Part shown: positions 1 through 13,204 of the stretch, one piece after another
Numbering within the stretch: position 1 is the stretch's first letter
Layout of the letters: the number at the start of each line of letters is the position of its first letter
Assembly (NCBI GenBank): GCA_963924565.1
Contig: OZ004612.1
Location: forward strand, 3,348,001 to 3,412,000
Source of the DNA: Ascidiella aspersa
Taxonomy: Eukaryota
Length of the DNA: 64,000 nucleotides
Direction: 5' to 3'
Made by a program: the position numbers and the translations under genes
Notes under the pieces: generated by a model
Seen by the model: the letters and a program-made list of their open reading frames with translations, nothing else
Database searches by the model: none
What the model was told of the DNA's origin: nothing

Positions 1-210
1 TTACACAATGGCGCCAGTATAATGCGGGCTCGCGTGGTGAAACTAGAATTGGCTGGGGTGAAATTCTCCCCAAAGTTAATTTCATTTTCATATATATTAA
101 ATTGTGGTTGAATGCCGATCAATCTCTTGGCCCCGAACAGTCTGGCGAGTAATTCAATACAATTTCCCAAGTCAACTCAACTAAACTCAGTTTAATCGAA
201 TCAGAGATGC

Positions 211-250
211 TCAATTATAAAAAGGCCAGCCGCCCACAATGCAGTTTTGA
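211..250 (-). CDS. Candidate terminal coding exon of the PH-PDZ gene ([P]QNCIVGGWPFYN*)
   Basis: Strong polypyrimidine acceptor attttgtttacttttcattttcctacag at 251-278. Read in phase 2 after the donor at 4931 it gives 12 codons then TGA. No homology support. Confidence 0.4.
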
Positions 251-1593
251 CTGTAGGAAAATGAAAAGTAAACAAAATATACTGAAAAAATAGTTCTACA
301 ATAGAAGGTTACAAGTATTCAAAGCATGTTGCTACATAGCAGTTTGTATTTGATTTCAAATTGACTGGCTTTACACACAATTTGTTAGAATCTAGTCTAC
401 CGATCTTTTTATTGTAGGGTCCTTTTATTTTACCAATCTTTTACGCGACAAATTAACAGTTGTAAGACAAAGAGTCGCATTTCATCAAACAAATCATAAA
501 GGAATGTGCATCTAAGTATAGTGCGTTGGACAAATTTTGACATTTGCATGCCAAGTGTCAGAAAAACTAAAACGCTATAGATTTAGCAGTTTGTGGCAAA
601 TCGATGTAAGTTGGGAAGACTTGTATTATAACACAGAGTTACTGGACTGTCATACTAAGTTTAACAATATTACTGTACCTGTGTTACTGTTTATATATAA
701 TCAATGTGTTCTCCACCTAATCACCCTAAAAGGCCACAACAGTCAGCACGAATCGTTGCTTAACTTAACGCTCAACAAGTATTGAATAATCCGCTAACAG
801 CGACAAACAGCAAAACTTAACACCCATTACGTATCTGCCGCTGTTCAATGCACGTTATGTAGATTTGGTTCTAATGCTCAACCTTCAAAGATCGTAAGCG
901 GAAGCGCGTTGCTCATTAAGTACAGAGCATAAGGGTTTGTGACAATGGCAGAACTGCGGATGTATTAATGACTACATCAGTGGCATGCCTTGCCTTCCGC
1001 CGCTGTCAGCCTAATGAATGAGTTGCGATTTTCTGGGCACGAATTGTGAGGTTTTAGTTCATTGGCGCATTTTGTTCGCCGAACCTTCTCGAATTCTGCA
1101 AAGTTGGATTCTCGGAATTTTTTTGACTGTGGTCTGGGAATGTTTTAACAAAAAAACAAAAAAACGTTTGCTTTTTACCGCCACGGTTTTTAACGAATAA
1201 ATGGGGAAATTTCGTGTGTTTTGCAAAAATTGCCAAAAACGCGCTTAATTTGCTCAATTATGGCCGAATTGATAAACTTTGCAATTTACCTCCACAATTA
1301 CAAGCAACCAAATAACCGCTGAGCATTAAACGCTTCTCTTCTTTTCACTCGTTATATCAATTCATTTTCCATTTTCCAGAAGTCTCAATATGACACAAAA
1401 CTTCCCGTATAAAGCCATAATATCCCGCCCACGGCAATGCTATCGCGGTTTCAAATTATTTCCAAAGCAATTCTTCTTTTGGCGTCAAACGAAGTTTCCG
1501 CTCCGTAAGAGAAAAGCGAATCGCATTTCTCTATCCATCATCTCAATTTAACTGTGGCGCAAATGTATCTAAAACCTACCCTTTACTAGGAAA

Positions 1594-2685
1594 TAGGGAT
1601 GTACGATTCTTAGTATTGTATTCCCACACCGATACCCGATATTAAGCAGAAAATTTCCTCTTTAACCCCCGATCCAATACAAATACGCTATTAATAATTA
1701 CATTTTACAAAAGTGTTAAAATTGAAATTACTATATTCGTGATCAGTATTTTTTTTAAGGTGTTTTGGTGGACCGAAACGGTCCCCCAAATTTCTCCAGC
1801 GGTTTCCCAAATTTGGACTTGCAACTTTTTGGTATTTAAATGAAACACTTGCGGTCTCTTAAAACTACTTAGCGGTCACCCAAACCTTAAAAAAAAACTT
1901 TATTATTTTTAGGCAAATTAACCATTTAATTCAGTTGGAAAATGATGCGATGTCCGAAGAGTCCGATTCGATCATTTGTATTCCTACTCTAAAATGCAAA
2001 CACAAGGCTATAGTCGCATTAAGTAATGTCAGCTGACTGCGTGAATGGCCTTGCGTTAACATATTCGTAATATTGATTCACATTTTTTTAGAATTAGAAA
2101 GCTTATTTACTTACAGTTGAGAACATTCAGTATTTTTTAGACAGTTTAACCTTGATGTAGTTGCGCTGTCACAAGAGAACCGGATACGATTGGATAATTT
2201 TGGACATCCCTACTATATGGCAAAGTACAAGGCTATAGTTGCGACCAAGCTAAGTACTGTCAGTTGACAGGAGTGCATGGCCGGTTTCGCAAAACGGGTT
2301 ACCACACCTTTGGTATTGTATTTCGGTAAGCAAAAAAAAATCCTCTTTACCGCCCGATCCAATTCAAATACGCCATCACTAAGTTAAAGTTTACAAAACT
2401 GTTGAAACGGAAATTACTATAATCGTGAAATTAGCCCACTTTCGCTTCGGAATTGTAAAGCTCACCAACCGTCAGTTGTAAGCAATCAATATTTTTAGGC
2501 AAATTAACCAGTTAATGCAGTTGGAAAATGAAGGTTATCACAAGGGGAGCGGATCCGATTCGATAATCGTGCACATCCCCACTCTAAATGAAAGTAGGCT
2601 ACAAGGCTAGTTGCAATCAAGTCAAGTATTGTCAGTTGACAGGAGTGAATGGCCGGTTTCGCAAAACGGGTTACCACACCTTTGG
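1594..2685. repeat. Patchwork tandem duplication around a TAGGGATGT..ACATCCCTA element
   Basis: Blocks 1613-1742 and 2312-2428 are similar. Blocks at about 1902-2050, 2130-2313 and 2490-2685 are similar. There is an exact 36-bp duplicate at 2278-2313 and 2650-2685. Confidence 0.75.
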
Positions 2686-4930
2686 CACGATTTTAAGTCT
2701 TAAAACTAGTCCGATTTGTTTGCTATTTGCAAATCGCCGCTAAGAGGCTCACAACGCGTAGAATTAGCGATTGGATTGTCGCACGGCGCGGAATTTAATC
2801 CCAGGATTTTCTCCAAATTGTCCAGGGCCACGATTTTTTTCGCTAGCTTAGGCGAAAAGTCGTTACCTGGAACGTTTTTGGGTCACGCTCGTGTCAGAAA
2901 AAGGCTCTCTATGTTTTTGTTTCCATGTAATCTGGCCTTTTGAAACGATTTTAGTGTGATGTCGGATCCCTCAATGTAAAAACGCTGGAAACGTAAATAA
3001 ACAGTGGTTTGAAGCATCTGAACTGTAGTAACTGTACACTGTAGTATTTAACTCTCACCTAAGGTAATTAAACATTCATATGTGTGTATTTGAACAGTGG
3101 TTTAAAATTCTAAACTTTAGCAATTGTATTCAAGGCAATTAGGCATTCATATGTGTATATCGAGGTAAGTTTCTTTGTGAACTCTTATTGGACAACAATA
3201 ACAGCACACTTCGTTCTAAAAAAGGTTTACCGAAACTACGCCATTTACTGTACAGTTGTGTTTAACTGTGATTTAGCTCATTGAAGTTCCACTAAGGAAA
3301 ATTGCACACAAATTGGTTTAAACAAAGTTTGATATTACGGCCATCTTAGCTCTAAATGTATTTTTAAAGACCACGGCTACTAAAAACAACTGTTTTGTTA
3401 TTGAAACTTATCGTAAGCAACACTCTTACGTCTAATATGCTCATCAACAGGTTCCGATTTTGCTAACGTTTCGAGCAATTGTTCTGTCAATGATGAGATA
3501 TAATGAATGAGGGACCCCTTCCTGTTATCTTGGCAATTTCCTGTTTTTCACTAATTTTGTGACCAAATGAATTTTTCTCATGCTTTTCAGGCTGTTAAGA
3601 TTGTTTATAAAAAATGCATAAAACATAAAATCATTTCAGAAATATATATTTCGCCTTCTGAATAGGAAACATTAGAGTTTCAATTAGAATGATTCGTTAG
3701 CTTTACGAAAACGTGAACCGATAGGCGTCATTACATAAGGTTTTTAAGTGAAGACTTGACATTGCTTTTCCTAGAAATCGCGACTCGCATTGTTTCGCCA
3801 TAGTTATCCTTGCACTCGCCTTAGCCGATTACGTCAACCTTTTGAACAGTATTTTCTCAGAAAGCCAAACCGACCTTTTTGCGGCAACTACACAGTCTCC
3901 AAGTTTTGCTCTCCCATAATATAATAAAGTGGTAAAATTTTGCGTTTTTTAAAGTTTATTTTAAATTTTCATCGTTTTATAAGTTTTTCCATTTGCAAAT
4001 ATGACCAAAATGCAAGTTTATCCAAAATAAGACAAAAATGCATTTTTTTTTTCTATTTTACAAAACGCAAATTTTCCTATTCCTATGTTAAGTTTTTTAG
4101 GGCTTGTATAAAAGTTTAATGGGTTCAGGTCGAATTTACTAGAAATTGTCTCATTCAGCACAAAGTACCACGAAACACTCAGATTTAACACTGAAACGAG
4201 CGACACCGATCAACCCAGTCTTTCCTGGAGTTCAACTTGTAGTTTTTGGAAGCCATTTATCCGCACGATAAGCCGCAATGGCTAAACTCCAATAAACCAC
4301 AGAGCAGTTTTACCGACTACGAAGAAATAGACTACACTTCCAACAAATTTCTCACTACTGCAATAGTTTTGATACCCGTATTCATAAATAGTCAGCCCCC
4401 TTTCTAGTTAAATATTGTTTACCGCTATTGTGTGAGAAGCCAACTTTTCCAGAAAATAAAACCCACTTTTTCAATCTTAAGTGGAAAATGTACAAGGTTA
4501 AATGGCCCTACAACCAAGCTTAAACGCACAGCACCAACATCAGGATAACTAGACTCAATATTATATCGATACTGAAACGGTCGCCAACTCTCAAAATAGG
4601 GTCAAACATTACTTGAAAAGTTACCATAATGTTTTAGACCTTAGTTTTTAATTTGCGAGCTGCCGATCAAAAATACAAGGTAAAAAACGCTTAAAAGCTC
4701 CCATAAATCAGCCTGTGGGGAAAGATATTGTGGAACGCATTAGCAAACGGCCTAGCTGGCAAATTCAAACAAACAATAAACTGAAAACAGGGTAAAAACG
4801 TTTTAAAGGCTAAGAGTAAATCACTCTGGTTAGCTTCCAGCTTCCTTGAAGGCACAAGTCTCTCCCTTGCGCGCTTTCTCAAAAAACAAGTCTGTACGAA
4901 AAAAACAAACAAACAAAAGCGTCAACTTAC

Positions 4931-5147
4931 GGCTTGCTGATTCGAGGCTTGACGATAAGCGAAACCGTGTTCGGGGAACTTCGCACAACTTCGGAAAGCA
5001 TCTCAACGCTGGTGACCCGGAGTCCGTTGGCGGCCACGATCTGGTCCCGGGGCCCGATGACCCCCAGGCGCATGGCCGGCCCCCCTTCAAGGACCCGGTT
5101 CACCACCACTCGGCCGTCGTTTAGGGGAATCACCGTGATGCCGATGC
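4931..5147 (-). CDS. Coding exon 3: PDZ domain
   Basis: Acceptor cttttcacag|GC completes the phase-1 Gly codon. GIGITV..GRVVVNRVLEGGPAMRLGVIGPRDQIVAANG..VSLIVKP is a PDZ signature. Ends at CC|GTAAGT (phase-2 donor) or reads through to CCG TAA. Confidence 0.87.
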
Positions 5148-5637
5148 CTGTGAAAAGGGCGATTTTTGCTGGTGACTGGATTAAACGTATAGATTCTTTT
5201 TCTTGCAACTCATAGTAGGCCTACACCTAAATCGAATGTACCTAATACCTGTGTACAACCAATAAACGATAGAACCAGGACTGACAAAAATAAACCTAAA
5301 TTTTCGAGATCTATTATGGATAACTGACACGTACTTAATATCTTGGTAAATGGTCGCATTTGTTTAATTCCAAGTACAGTAATCAGGTGTCACTGTCACT
5401 GTATAAAGACAAATTATTGTTGAAATATTGCCAAGCTTTAGCACAACAGTGCTTCATGATGAAGTGCGAGAATTTAATACTTTTTGGGGGTTTGTATACA
5501 GGTTTTTATTTTGACCTTGTTAAACGCTCCTAGAAGTTTCTAAACTGTTTTCGGACGTTTCATTATATTTCACGTGCAAAAGCAGCTATCAGTTAAAACG
5601 AACGCTTCCAGGGGTGGGGTTCGAACCCAGTACCTAC

Positions 5638-5830
5638 CGACTCCTGTGTCGTTTGGCAGCACGACTGTCCGACAACCACGAATAGGGCTCTTCACTTGGG
5701 TCGGTTCCTGGACGTAGTTGTTATGCGGCGAACTCTCACTAGTTGGGGATCCCCTCAGTCTTTGCATGGCTGACTCTGCTACTTGAATGCTGTTGTTGAG
5801 TTGCTTGTAGCGCATGATGTCTTGGCGGTT
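5638..5830 (-). CDS. Coding exon 2 of PHLDA-like PH + PDZ protein (end of PH helix, linker, start of PDZ)
   Basis: Acceptor tttctttacag|AAC (phase 0) and donor G|GTAGGT (phase 1). Splicing to exon 1 gives HYK|NRQDI, matching the PHLDA motif QYKNRQAI. Confidence 0.85.
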
Positions 5831-7310
5831 CTGTAAAGAAACAATATGTGTTTAATATGCTGGATTATATTATATACATGGTTCTTAAATGTGCTATGGG
5901 CTTACTACAGGGTGCTTAAATGTGCTATGGGCCACCCTTAAATCGCACTGACCAATGGTTTGTTTGGTATAGGTCGTTGATAATTGTGGTTTGTGTGTAT
6001 TGGTTGCCAAAGGTCTACGGAAATATACTTTAAATCCTTAGCGACCCTTGTGTATAATGCAATAATTATATATACTACTGTTGGCCCACGCGGCTGTAAT
6101 TAGATCCATGGCGTTTAAAAATGCTCTCATTACACACAACGGTTATTTTAACCGCACTCGGACCGCAAGCAACCAATCATTTTGACACTCGGCAACACAG
6201 CAAGCAAATATCCCTCCGACCCCTCAGTATATTGAAGCCTAACCTTAGCGCAACGAGCAACAATAGAACTAGGCACTCCGCCCGACTAATGAAACGGAAA
6301 ACGAATTTCCGCCGCTCAATATCGCGTTACAAGGCACCACGTTACAGTGAAACACCAGGAACTTCGTAGAATATATGATCCCAAAAGACTGGATACGATA
6401 CGTCGTGCATATTGGCGTTTCGCCATGCTATGTCCTCTATTTTGGGAAGATGTTCACAAAATTTCCCTGTATTTTGATGCTCTTATAGTTGTGTGCTGTT
6501 AAATTTGTTTATGGCTTTGGTATGTAAAATGTGTTGTCCTGTCAGATGTATTAGTTTTGAGTAACTCCGAATAAGATAAGAAATTGAATTAGGCCCACAC
6601 AAGCCATTCACAACTTAGATTAGAGTTAGCCACATTTTGCTCTAATTCTTTGAATTAGAAAACTTGAACCATATAGTTGTCAAAACTTAAAACAACTCAA
6701 AAAAAGCGCCACTAGGAGCAGTTATAGCATAACTGGCAACTTTTTCCAATGTGTGCGGTCAACGTGGCGACACGAGCTTAATCTTAGCACTACGCAAGAA
6801 CAGCACACAGCAAAAGAGAACGAAAAAAACACGTAGCCTGCCAACCTAAAGCCTTAAATTGCCGCCTGTGAGCTTCTGGGCAAGGCGGTGCTTTAGTTTG
6901 ACACAAGCTCGGGTTCGAAGAGACAGTTGGCAGACCAGCGTTGCACTTATCTAATGAAGGGCTCACTCCCCTTTACTTTGGCCGATAAAGCGCGTAGATT
7001 ACGATCGCCAAGATTACCAGGCAAAGGTCCGAGAGGCGTTTTTGTCTCTGGGAGAAAATGCCGCCACTTTCAACCTTACGGTTCTTGAGGGGCGGGCACT
7101 TCATGTTAACCTTCAGGCACGACGTGCTTTAATGTGGAAAACATAGCCCGGAAACAAAAACGCTGCAAAGGCGCATGAGAAGATGTTTGGGCCAGAAAAA
7201 CAAAACATGGCTTCGTTTGAAAAAGTTGGTTAACGATTACAATGAACACTGTAGATTGTTTAATGGCGAAAATAACGGCCCAAATAGACGTTAAAAGCGA
7301 CATGCTTTAT

Positions 7311-7352
7311 TTTCAAACGTTTCGGCAATTTCTAATGCCATCATCAGTGATA
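7311..7352 (-). ncRNA. Minimal type I hammerhead ribozyme (mirror copy)
   Basis: Reverse complement reads TATCA CTGATGA T GGCA TTAGAAAT TGCC GAAA CGTT TGAAA. The core is intact and stem I has one mismatch. Confidence 0.65.
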
Positions 7353-7503
7353 TAAAGGCCACATCGGTTGCACCCGTTTATATACACTTTGGTCGCACCA
7401 AGAAATGATAAAAATGACGCTTGTTTCGCACTTTTTTATCATTCTTATCATTCCTTGGTGCGACCAAAGTGTTCTTAAACGGGTGTAACTGATGTGGCCT
7501 TCA

Positions 7504-7545
7504 TTTCACTGATGATGGCATTAGAAATTGCCGAAACGTTTGAAA
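7504..7545 (+). ncRNA. Minimal type I hammerhead ribozyme
   Basis: Stem I TTTCA/TGAAA, core CTGATGA (7509-7515) plus an extra T, stem II GGCA/TGCC, GAAA (7533-7536), palindromic ACGT stem III. Predicted GUU cleavage after 7540. Confidence 0.75.
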
Positions 7546-8163
7546 ATAAAGCATGTCGCTTTTAACGTCTATTTGGGCCGTTATTTTCACCATTAAACTT
7601 ATGAACAGATCCGTATATAGTGTTCCACTGTAGATTGTAATTTCCAAAAGTTGTAATTAAGAAAGTGTCCCACAGTAACCGGTGTTTTGAAGTCCGCTCA
7701 TGTTGGTTACCATCGAGCGTTTTGCGAGTAAATCCTGAAAACTAAATGTGGTAAAGCCATAAAAAGTAAGGTTAAAAGGATAAGAAAAATAGCTCCGAAG
7801 AAACCTTTTAACCCATATTTTAAGTCCCTCGCTTTACTAAATTGTGTTTTTCACTCCGTGACTCTGGCATTAAAATATTGAGATATTTCAGACCGTTTTA
7901 TGGACCGTTAAAAACCACTTGGTCCCCCCGCATTACACTAAAAGAGAGCCGTTAACCACGTAAAATGTCTTTTGATGACGTCTTACCCGGATTACAAGCC
8001 TCAGTTTTTAATCGCACGACGAGAAAATCGATCCTTTCCGTCTTAAACCGCGTTCCTACGTTTAAATTAGCGGCTTGGGGTTGATGTTCGGCTTACAAGG
8101 CAAAGCTGTTTGGATCTAACTGCGACTAAACTACAAACTCACAAACCAAAAAACCAACGCCAT

Positions 8164-8367
8164 TATCAAAGCCCATAAAGTTGGTAGCATTTTTAACGTT
8201 TCGAATATCTCTTTGTCCATTTGCAGCATCTTTTTAAACAACATTGTTAATCTAGATGTTAAAAATGAATAAAGTGATATTTGAAACGTTCACAAAATGC
8301 CACATACTTCTGTATGGACTTTGATATTCATCATACGTATCGCTACAACCTTCAACCATTATGCTCC
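8164..8367. mobile_element. Palindromic MITE family A, near-complete copy
   Basis: Self-complementary arms TATCAAAGCCCATA..AACGTTTCGAATA / ..TGAAACGTTCA..TATGGACTTTGATAT, ending CCATTATGCTCC. Confidence 0.8.
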
Positions 8368-10033
8368 TAACGCGATCTTGGTTTTGCGAAGTTTCGTTTG
8401 ACCTTTTAAGTTCGGGAGTTCACAGTGAGTGCAAAACAATACGACAATATGGAGCCAAAATCAATATATATTCGAATTGAAAGTAGAACAAAAATAGCAA
8501 AAATACGACGGAAATGCGCCAAAAACGTGCCTAACGACTGTTATTTTAGTTTTACGGGATCTCGAGATATCCATTGTCGATTTTATCAAGAATGACAGTG
8601 TTTTAGTATAATTTTCTGATTTTTTAGCTGTATGGAAGACTACTTGCTTGTTTGCAAGATTAAATAGCAAAAAGCCGTGTAAATATTACCTTTTGAAATA
8701 ACAATCAACCGCTAGCGTTTGTTGCATCTATTTTTTGTTTAAACTTTTGAGTTGCACAAAGTTATCAAAAAATAATTTTGTTTATTTGGATTTCCTCTTG
8801 AGTTCCATTAAATACAACCACAATCACATCTAACACATCAAAAACCGATTTGTTTAGTTGTCGATCCCAGCAAATTCGGAAAGAAAACAACCATAATTGT
8901 CTCGGGTGCTTTGCTTCTAAACTTACACCCGCATCATTTCAAACAAGCCCAGATAAAATCACCTATTCGCTCTAGGCCTCAGTGCAAACCATCCTTGCTT
9001 TTTTGTTTAACCTTATTCTCCGAGCACGTTCTTTACGCAGCGACGCTTATTTTCACACCGAGTGGCGTGGCAGGCGTGCGTCATTCTAACAGCCCGAAGC
9101 GAAATTTGAACCGAAGACTCCAGGTAAATGACCTGTCGGAGGTTATTCGCGCCCTTCCGCCGTTTTCATGGCCAAGGTTATTTCCGCGCACGTATTTTAA
9201 CGCAAAAAACGCTAATTAGAACCGACTTTTTGAAAATAAAACTCTTTAATTGACCCTAATTTATGCGCAAAAGGTGTTTTTACTTAATTTTATCTGAAAA
9301 ACGATAAATTAATCTAAATTATAACCCCCGATAATTCTTCACAGTGTTATGGCATGTAATCTAAGTCAAGATTGTTATAGGATGTAAAGACAAATATATT
9401 TTCCCTAAGTTTTTCGCTAATCGAATGAAAAACAGATGACAGACTTGTCTGACTAATATATCTGGTTTTATTTAAAGTCATTGTCGTCATCTATTATTGA
9501 AATACGAGGCCATATGTTTTATAAACATTTAGTTTTCAACTTTAACGTTTCTCTGCACACGTATCTTCACGCGAAATACGCCACAGTTTCTGAAAATTGC
9601 ACTATTTGTGCAAAACCAGGTCTTGTGATGCAGGCATATGTGCCGTGTGCTAAACATTGGAAAAAGAACGGCCGCGAAATCACACCTTTTTGTTATTGAG
9701 ATCATCTAAATTGTTGTAGCGTGCAAAAACGAAATGGGATATTGTTGTTTCGGGTGTATTGCGTTTTAAACCAGGTGTACCGGAGACGGTTTGTTTGTCA
9801 GAATAAAAATAGCGATAAGGCGAAGTGTAACATATTAACAAGACTTTGAAAAGCACTCATAACACCACGCGTATCGCGTATGTTGCATTTAAAAATGTTT
9901 TAATGGAGTAAAGAACTTTTTTCCAGAATTTTTTCCACCCATATGCTTTCCTATTATGCGTTACACTATAATTTGATTATGGTATTGGAAGTGTGAACTT
10001 TAACCGCTTATTTAACGCAAATACGGTTTAAAA

Positions 10034-10111
10034 TGTTGAAAATGAATAAAGAGTTATTCGAAACGTTCAAAATGATACCTACTCTGTATGGGCTTTGATA
10101 TTCTTATTACG
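10034..10111. mobile_element. MITE family A fragment (one arm)
   Basis: GAATAAAGAGTTATTCGAAACGTTCAAAATGATACCTAC..TATGGGCTTTGATATTCTT. Confidence 0.8.
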
Positions 10112-10440
10112 GTTTTGAATAGTTACTCTTTTTCCCTAATATATCAAGTCCTCTTTTAGTTTAGGTCAAAGCATTATGGTCTATAAGAAAGGCGGATATG
10201 CAACAACAGAAATTTGCAAGTTGCAAATTCCTGCACACCCCTAGTTTTAGATTGCACAACACTCCTAACCCTGTACTAACTGGCGTTTAATGTGGCCAAC
10301 AACGCGCAGATGAAAGAAGTGTTGATGGCTACTCTAACGAACTCCCAAAGTCGTTGTATTTACAGGCATCTTGACATTGGAGCAAGTCGTGCAATGGTCA
10401 CGCCTGTATTTGCCGATGGCAAATCGCTTTCCGTGCAACA

Positions 10441-10754
10441 ATCTCACGCACGATGTGATAAGGTTAGCCACGTAGGCCACATGCATGTGCATTTATGCAA
10501 ACATGTTCTTTTGTGGTTTGTCAAAGTTTAAAAATAACCGTTACAAAAATAGAATGAAACTCTAGCTAAAACGCTTCGATTGCATGTGCATTTTGCAAAG
10601 TTAACCTAACAAGTGTTTTAACAGTATCTCACGCACGATGTTACACAAGGTCAACCGCATTGCTTAGATGCATGTGCATTTCTGCAAACTTGTTTTTTTT
10701 TTGTAGAAGTTTGAAAACCATGCTTCGTAAATAGGATGAAACTTAAGCTAAACG
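10441..10754 (+). repeat. Diverged tandem duplication (~185-bp period)
   Basis: ATCTCACGCACGATGT..ATGCATGTGCATTT..ATGAAACT..AGCTAAA at 10441 and 10626. Confidence 0.75.
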
Positions 10755-13204
10755 TGACCAATGCCCTATCGCAGGGGTGGATGCCATCACCATTATTTAT
10801 GACCAAACTAAACATATCGTGATCTTTGGCCTTTCGCACGAGAGAGAACAGTTTGGGCGCTTTTCGGCTTGCCAAAAAAGCATCAATAAAAAAGGAATAT
10901 TATTTCTGCTGGCAAAGCAATCAGAAAAATGCGTCTATTTAAAATCGACTATTATAACAACAGGCGTTAGGTTGTGCGGGAATGCATACGTTTGTAGCTT
11001 TTGTCACGGCCATAATTTTTAAACGCGCAAAGGTTTGTTGCTTTTTCGTTGAAATTGCGACAAAATGTTTCCCCCGCTGCATTTGCCGCTGTTTTGTGTT
11101 GCTTTTCGTGTGGAAACGTAATTTCGAAAAGCAATCAATCACCTTGCTTGACAGGTTAAGAATTTTTGACAACGCTTCGATAGCAGAAGCACCAACTGTG
11201 TCGTGGTTGTTATGTATGTTTCCAGTGGCCTTTTTCAGTGTGGTAGGCACCCGGAAAATTTGTGGCAATTTTGTTTTTTAAACTGAAGCACTAATCTTAA
11301 CGAGTCACATATATTGGCTTTACAATAATTCGTGAGAAATAAAATTAATTTTATTTCAGTTTGCAAAAAAATACAACCATATATGTATAATATGTGAGGT
11401 TCCAAAACCATTTCTCATGAGCGTAAGTTGATAAAATAAGGATAATTGTTTATATTGGGATGAAAGCCTGTTCAAACATTGTTATTCAACCATGTCGTAA
11501 TATCCAAACAAAACCACAAAGGGTATAAAAAGTTCTGATATACAACTTTATTCAAAAAGAGCAGAATACTATAGTAGCGCAAATAGCATCATCAGTTATG
11601 CTTCAAAATCTGGGAGTTCAACCTTCACTGAGGAAATTTCTATTTGCCTTCAACGGTGCATATCATTAGCGCCCCTTAAGTACACACAACGGGTCATTTG
11701 CGCATAAGGTTACAAAACTACCGTGAACTTTCCCGGGGATTTGCCATTCCTGGGGGCAAGTAGGTGTTTGACTTGGCAATGATTTATATTGGCCACTTGG
11801 AAATAACCTGTCTCAGCTTGAATCACGTTTGCCAATATGTGTTACAAATTGCGCTTGAATTAAACTACGGTTATTCAAAGCTTAATGCGTTAACCTGGGG
11901 TCAAATATGCGTCCTGAAACCCAAAACACACATGTCTTAAAAGTGTTAACTTTTGCAAATAGTGTTACATATAAAAAATGTATATTGCATATGAATTGAA
12001 CATGGCGTTGCCTTGGGCACAGTATGTTTGTAACCTTGCTATGTTTTATTCCATTTCGTGATGTTATTTTGGGAGCTAACTTTGCCCAAAAAATTCTACA
12101 AGTTGATGTTTTTTATCTGTGTTGGTTGTTAATCGTATTTGTCTTATTCAAAAACTGAAAACAATTGTTGACGAGCTTGCGAACAACCGTGCCTACACAA
12201 TTGGCGAAAAGTGCCCCGCGCTTTCAGTTTTCATCCGGCTTGCTTGGTTGCACCAACGTGCCTTTTTTCAGGCAAGATTTTGTTTAATCTCTCTAATGTT
12301 CACCGAAGATTCTCATCACTTTTCATGGAAACTCGTGATGATTGCAATCGTCCAACAGTAAACAACAGACCACTTAGCTAACCCAAACAAACGCTAGGCC
12401 CACTTCCTCCCCCAAAAAAGTTCATCCGCAAAATGAAATCAGCATTCTCTGAAACAGATCAACGTTGAACCATTTCCAGAAGGGAAAAGATAAGGGCAGC
12501 ATATAACACAAACAAAAAAAAAATTTCATCATTAATGCAGTAGATGAGGATAGGGATTGTAATGTCAATGAAAAAACACTTTATTTATTGTCCAAATCAT
12601 TAAGCCTGTACGACTTCCAAAAGGTTAAATACAGAATATACATTGTGTATATGAACGTTTAGGTTACAGTGCTTGGTTGGATTTTATCCCCCGGTTGGAA
12701 ATCACGAAAAAATATCCTTTAAAATTTTAGCCGGAATTTGAAATCGGCATTCGCTCCAACAAAAAGCTAGAAAGAAAAAGCCCCTGATTACAAATCGATT
12801 AGGTGAAGCAGCAAAAACATGAAACGGGAATCACAGGACAAGGCAATTACGAGCAATGCCGCGAAAAATAGCGTATCTCTACCAAGGGGGGTTTATCCCT
12901 ATCTCTCTGAACAAAATCGCGGGCGTTGTCCTTCTCCGCAGTCCCCTATCGTCTTTCGGGATCGCGCAAACGGCGATAGCGAGCTCAGAAGGGTCGCTGA
13001 GAAGTCACGTTCTGCATTCCCGAGAGCGTTTAAGCGTGGGGAGAAATAGGCGGTGGCTTAAGCAGCGAGAAACCCAACACAGAGTGGGCATTGTGCCCTG
13101 GCCAATTGGCCTGCTTGTGCTTATGCCTGTGCTGCTGCTTTTCTAAGGTTGTATCCTCTATTTCTCGTACCTCGCGGTTACGGCCCTTTTTTGCCTGACG
13201 TAAT

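Larger units (their letters stand above)
7247..7638. mobile_element. Non-autonomous Penelope-like retroelement remnant: inverted pLTR-like pair with 13-bp TSD
   Basis: 160-bp inverted arms 7258-7417 / 7439-7598 (10 mismatches by eye), each with a hammerhead core and AATAAA. Direct repeat CACTGTAGATTGT at 7247-7259 and 7626-7638. Confidence 0.7.

Noticed and set aside
4270-4410. Possible extra exon after the PDZ exon (acceptor near 4358) or a plus-strand DYEEIDY frame
   Set aside because: Weak acceptor, no recognisable homology, and no supporting splice context.
4830-5215. Overlapping ORFs on both strands around the PDZ exon
   Set aside because: Shadow frames of a GC-rich coding exon; only 4931-5147 (-) has splice sites and a domain match.
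5610-5630. GGTTCGAACC B-box suggesting a tRNA or SINE
   Set aside because: No A-box or cloverleaf; it lies at an intron start beside the donor.
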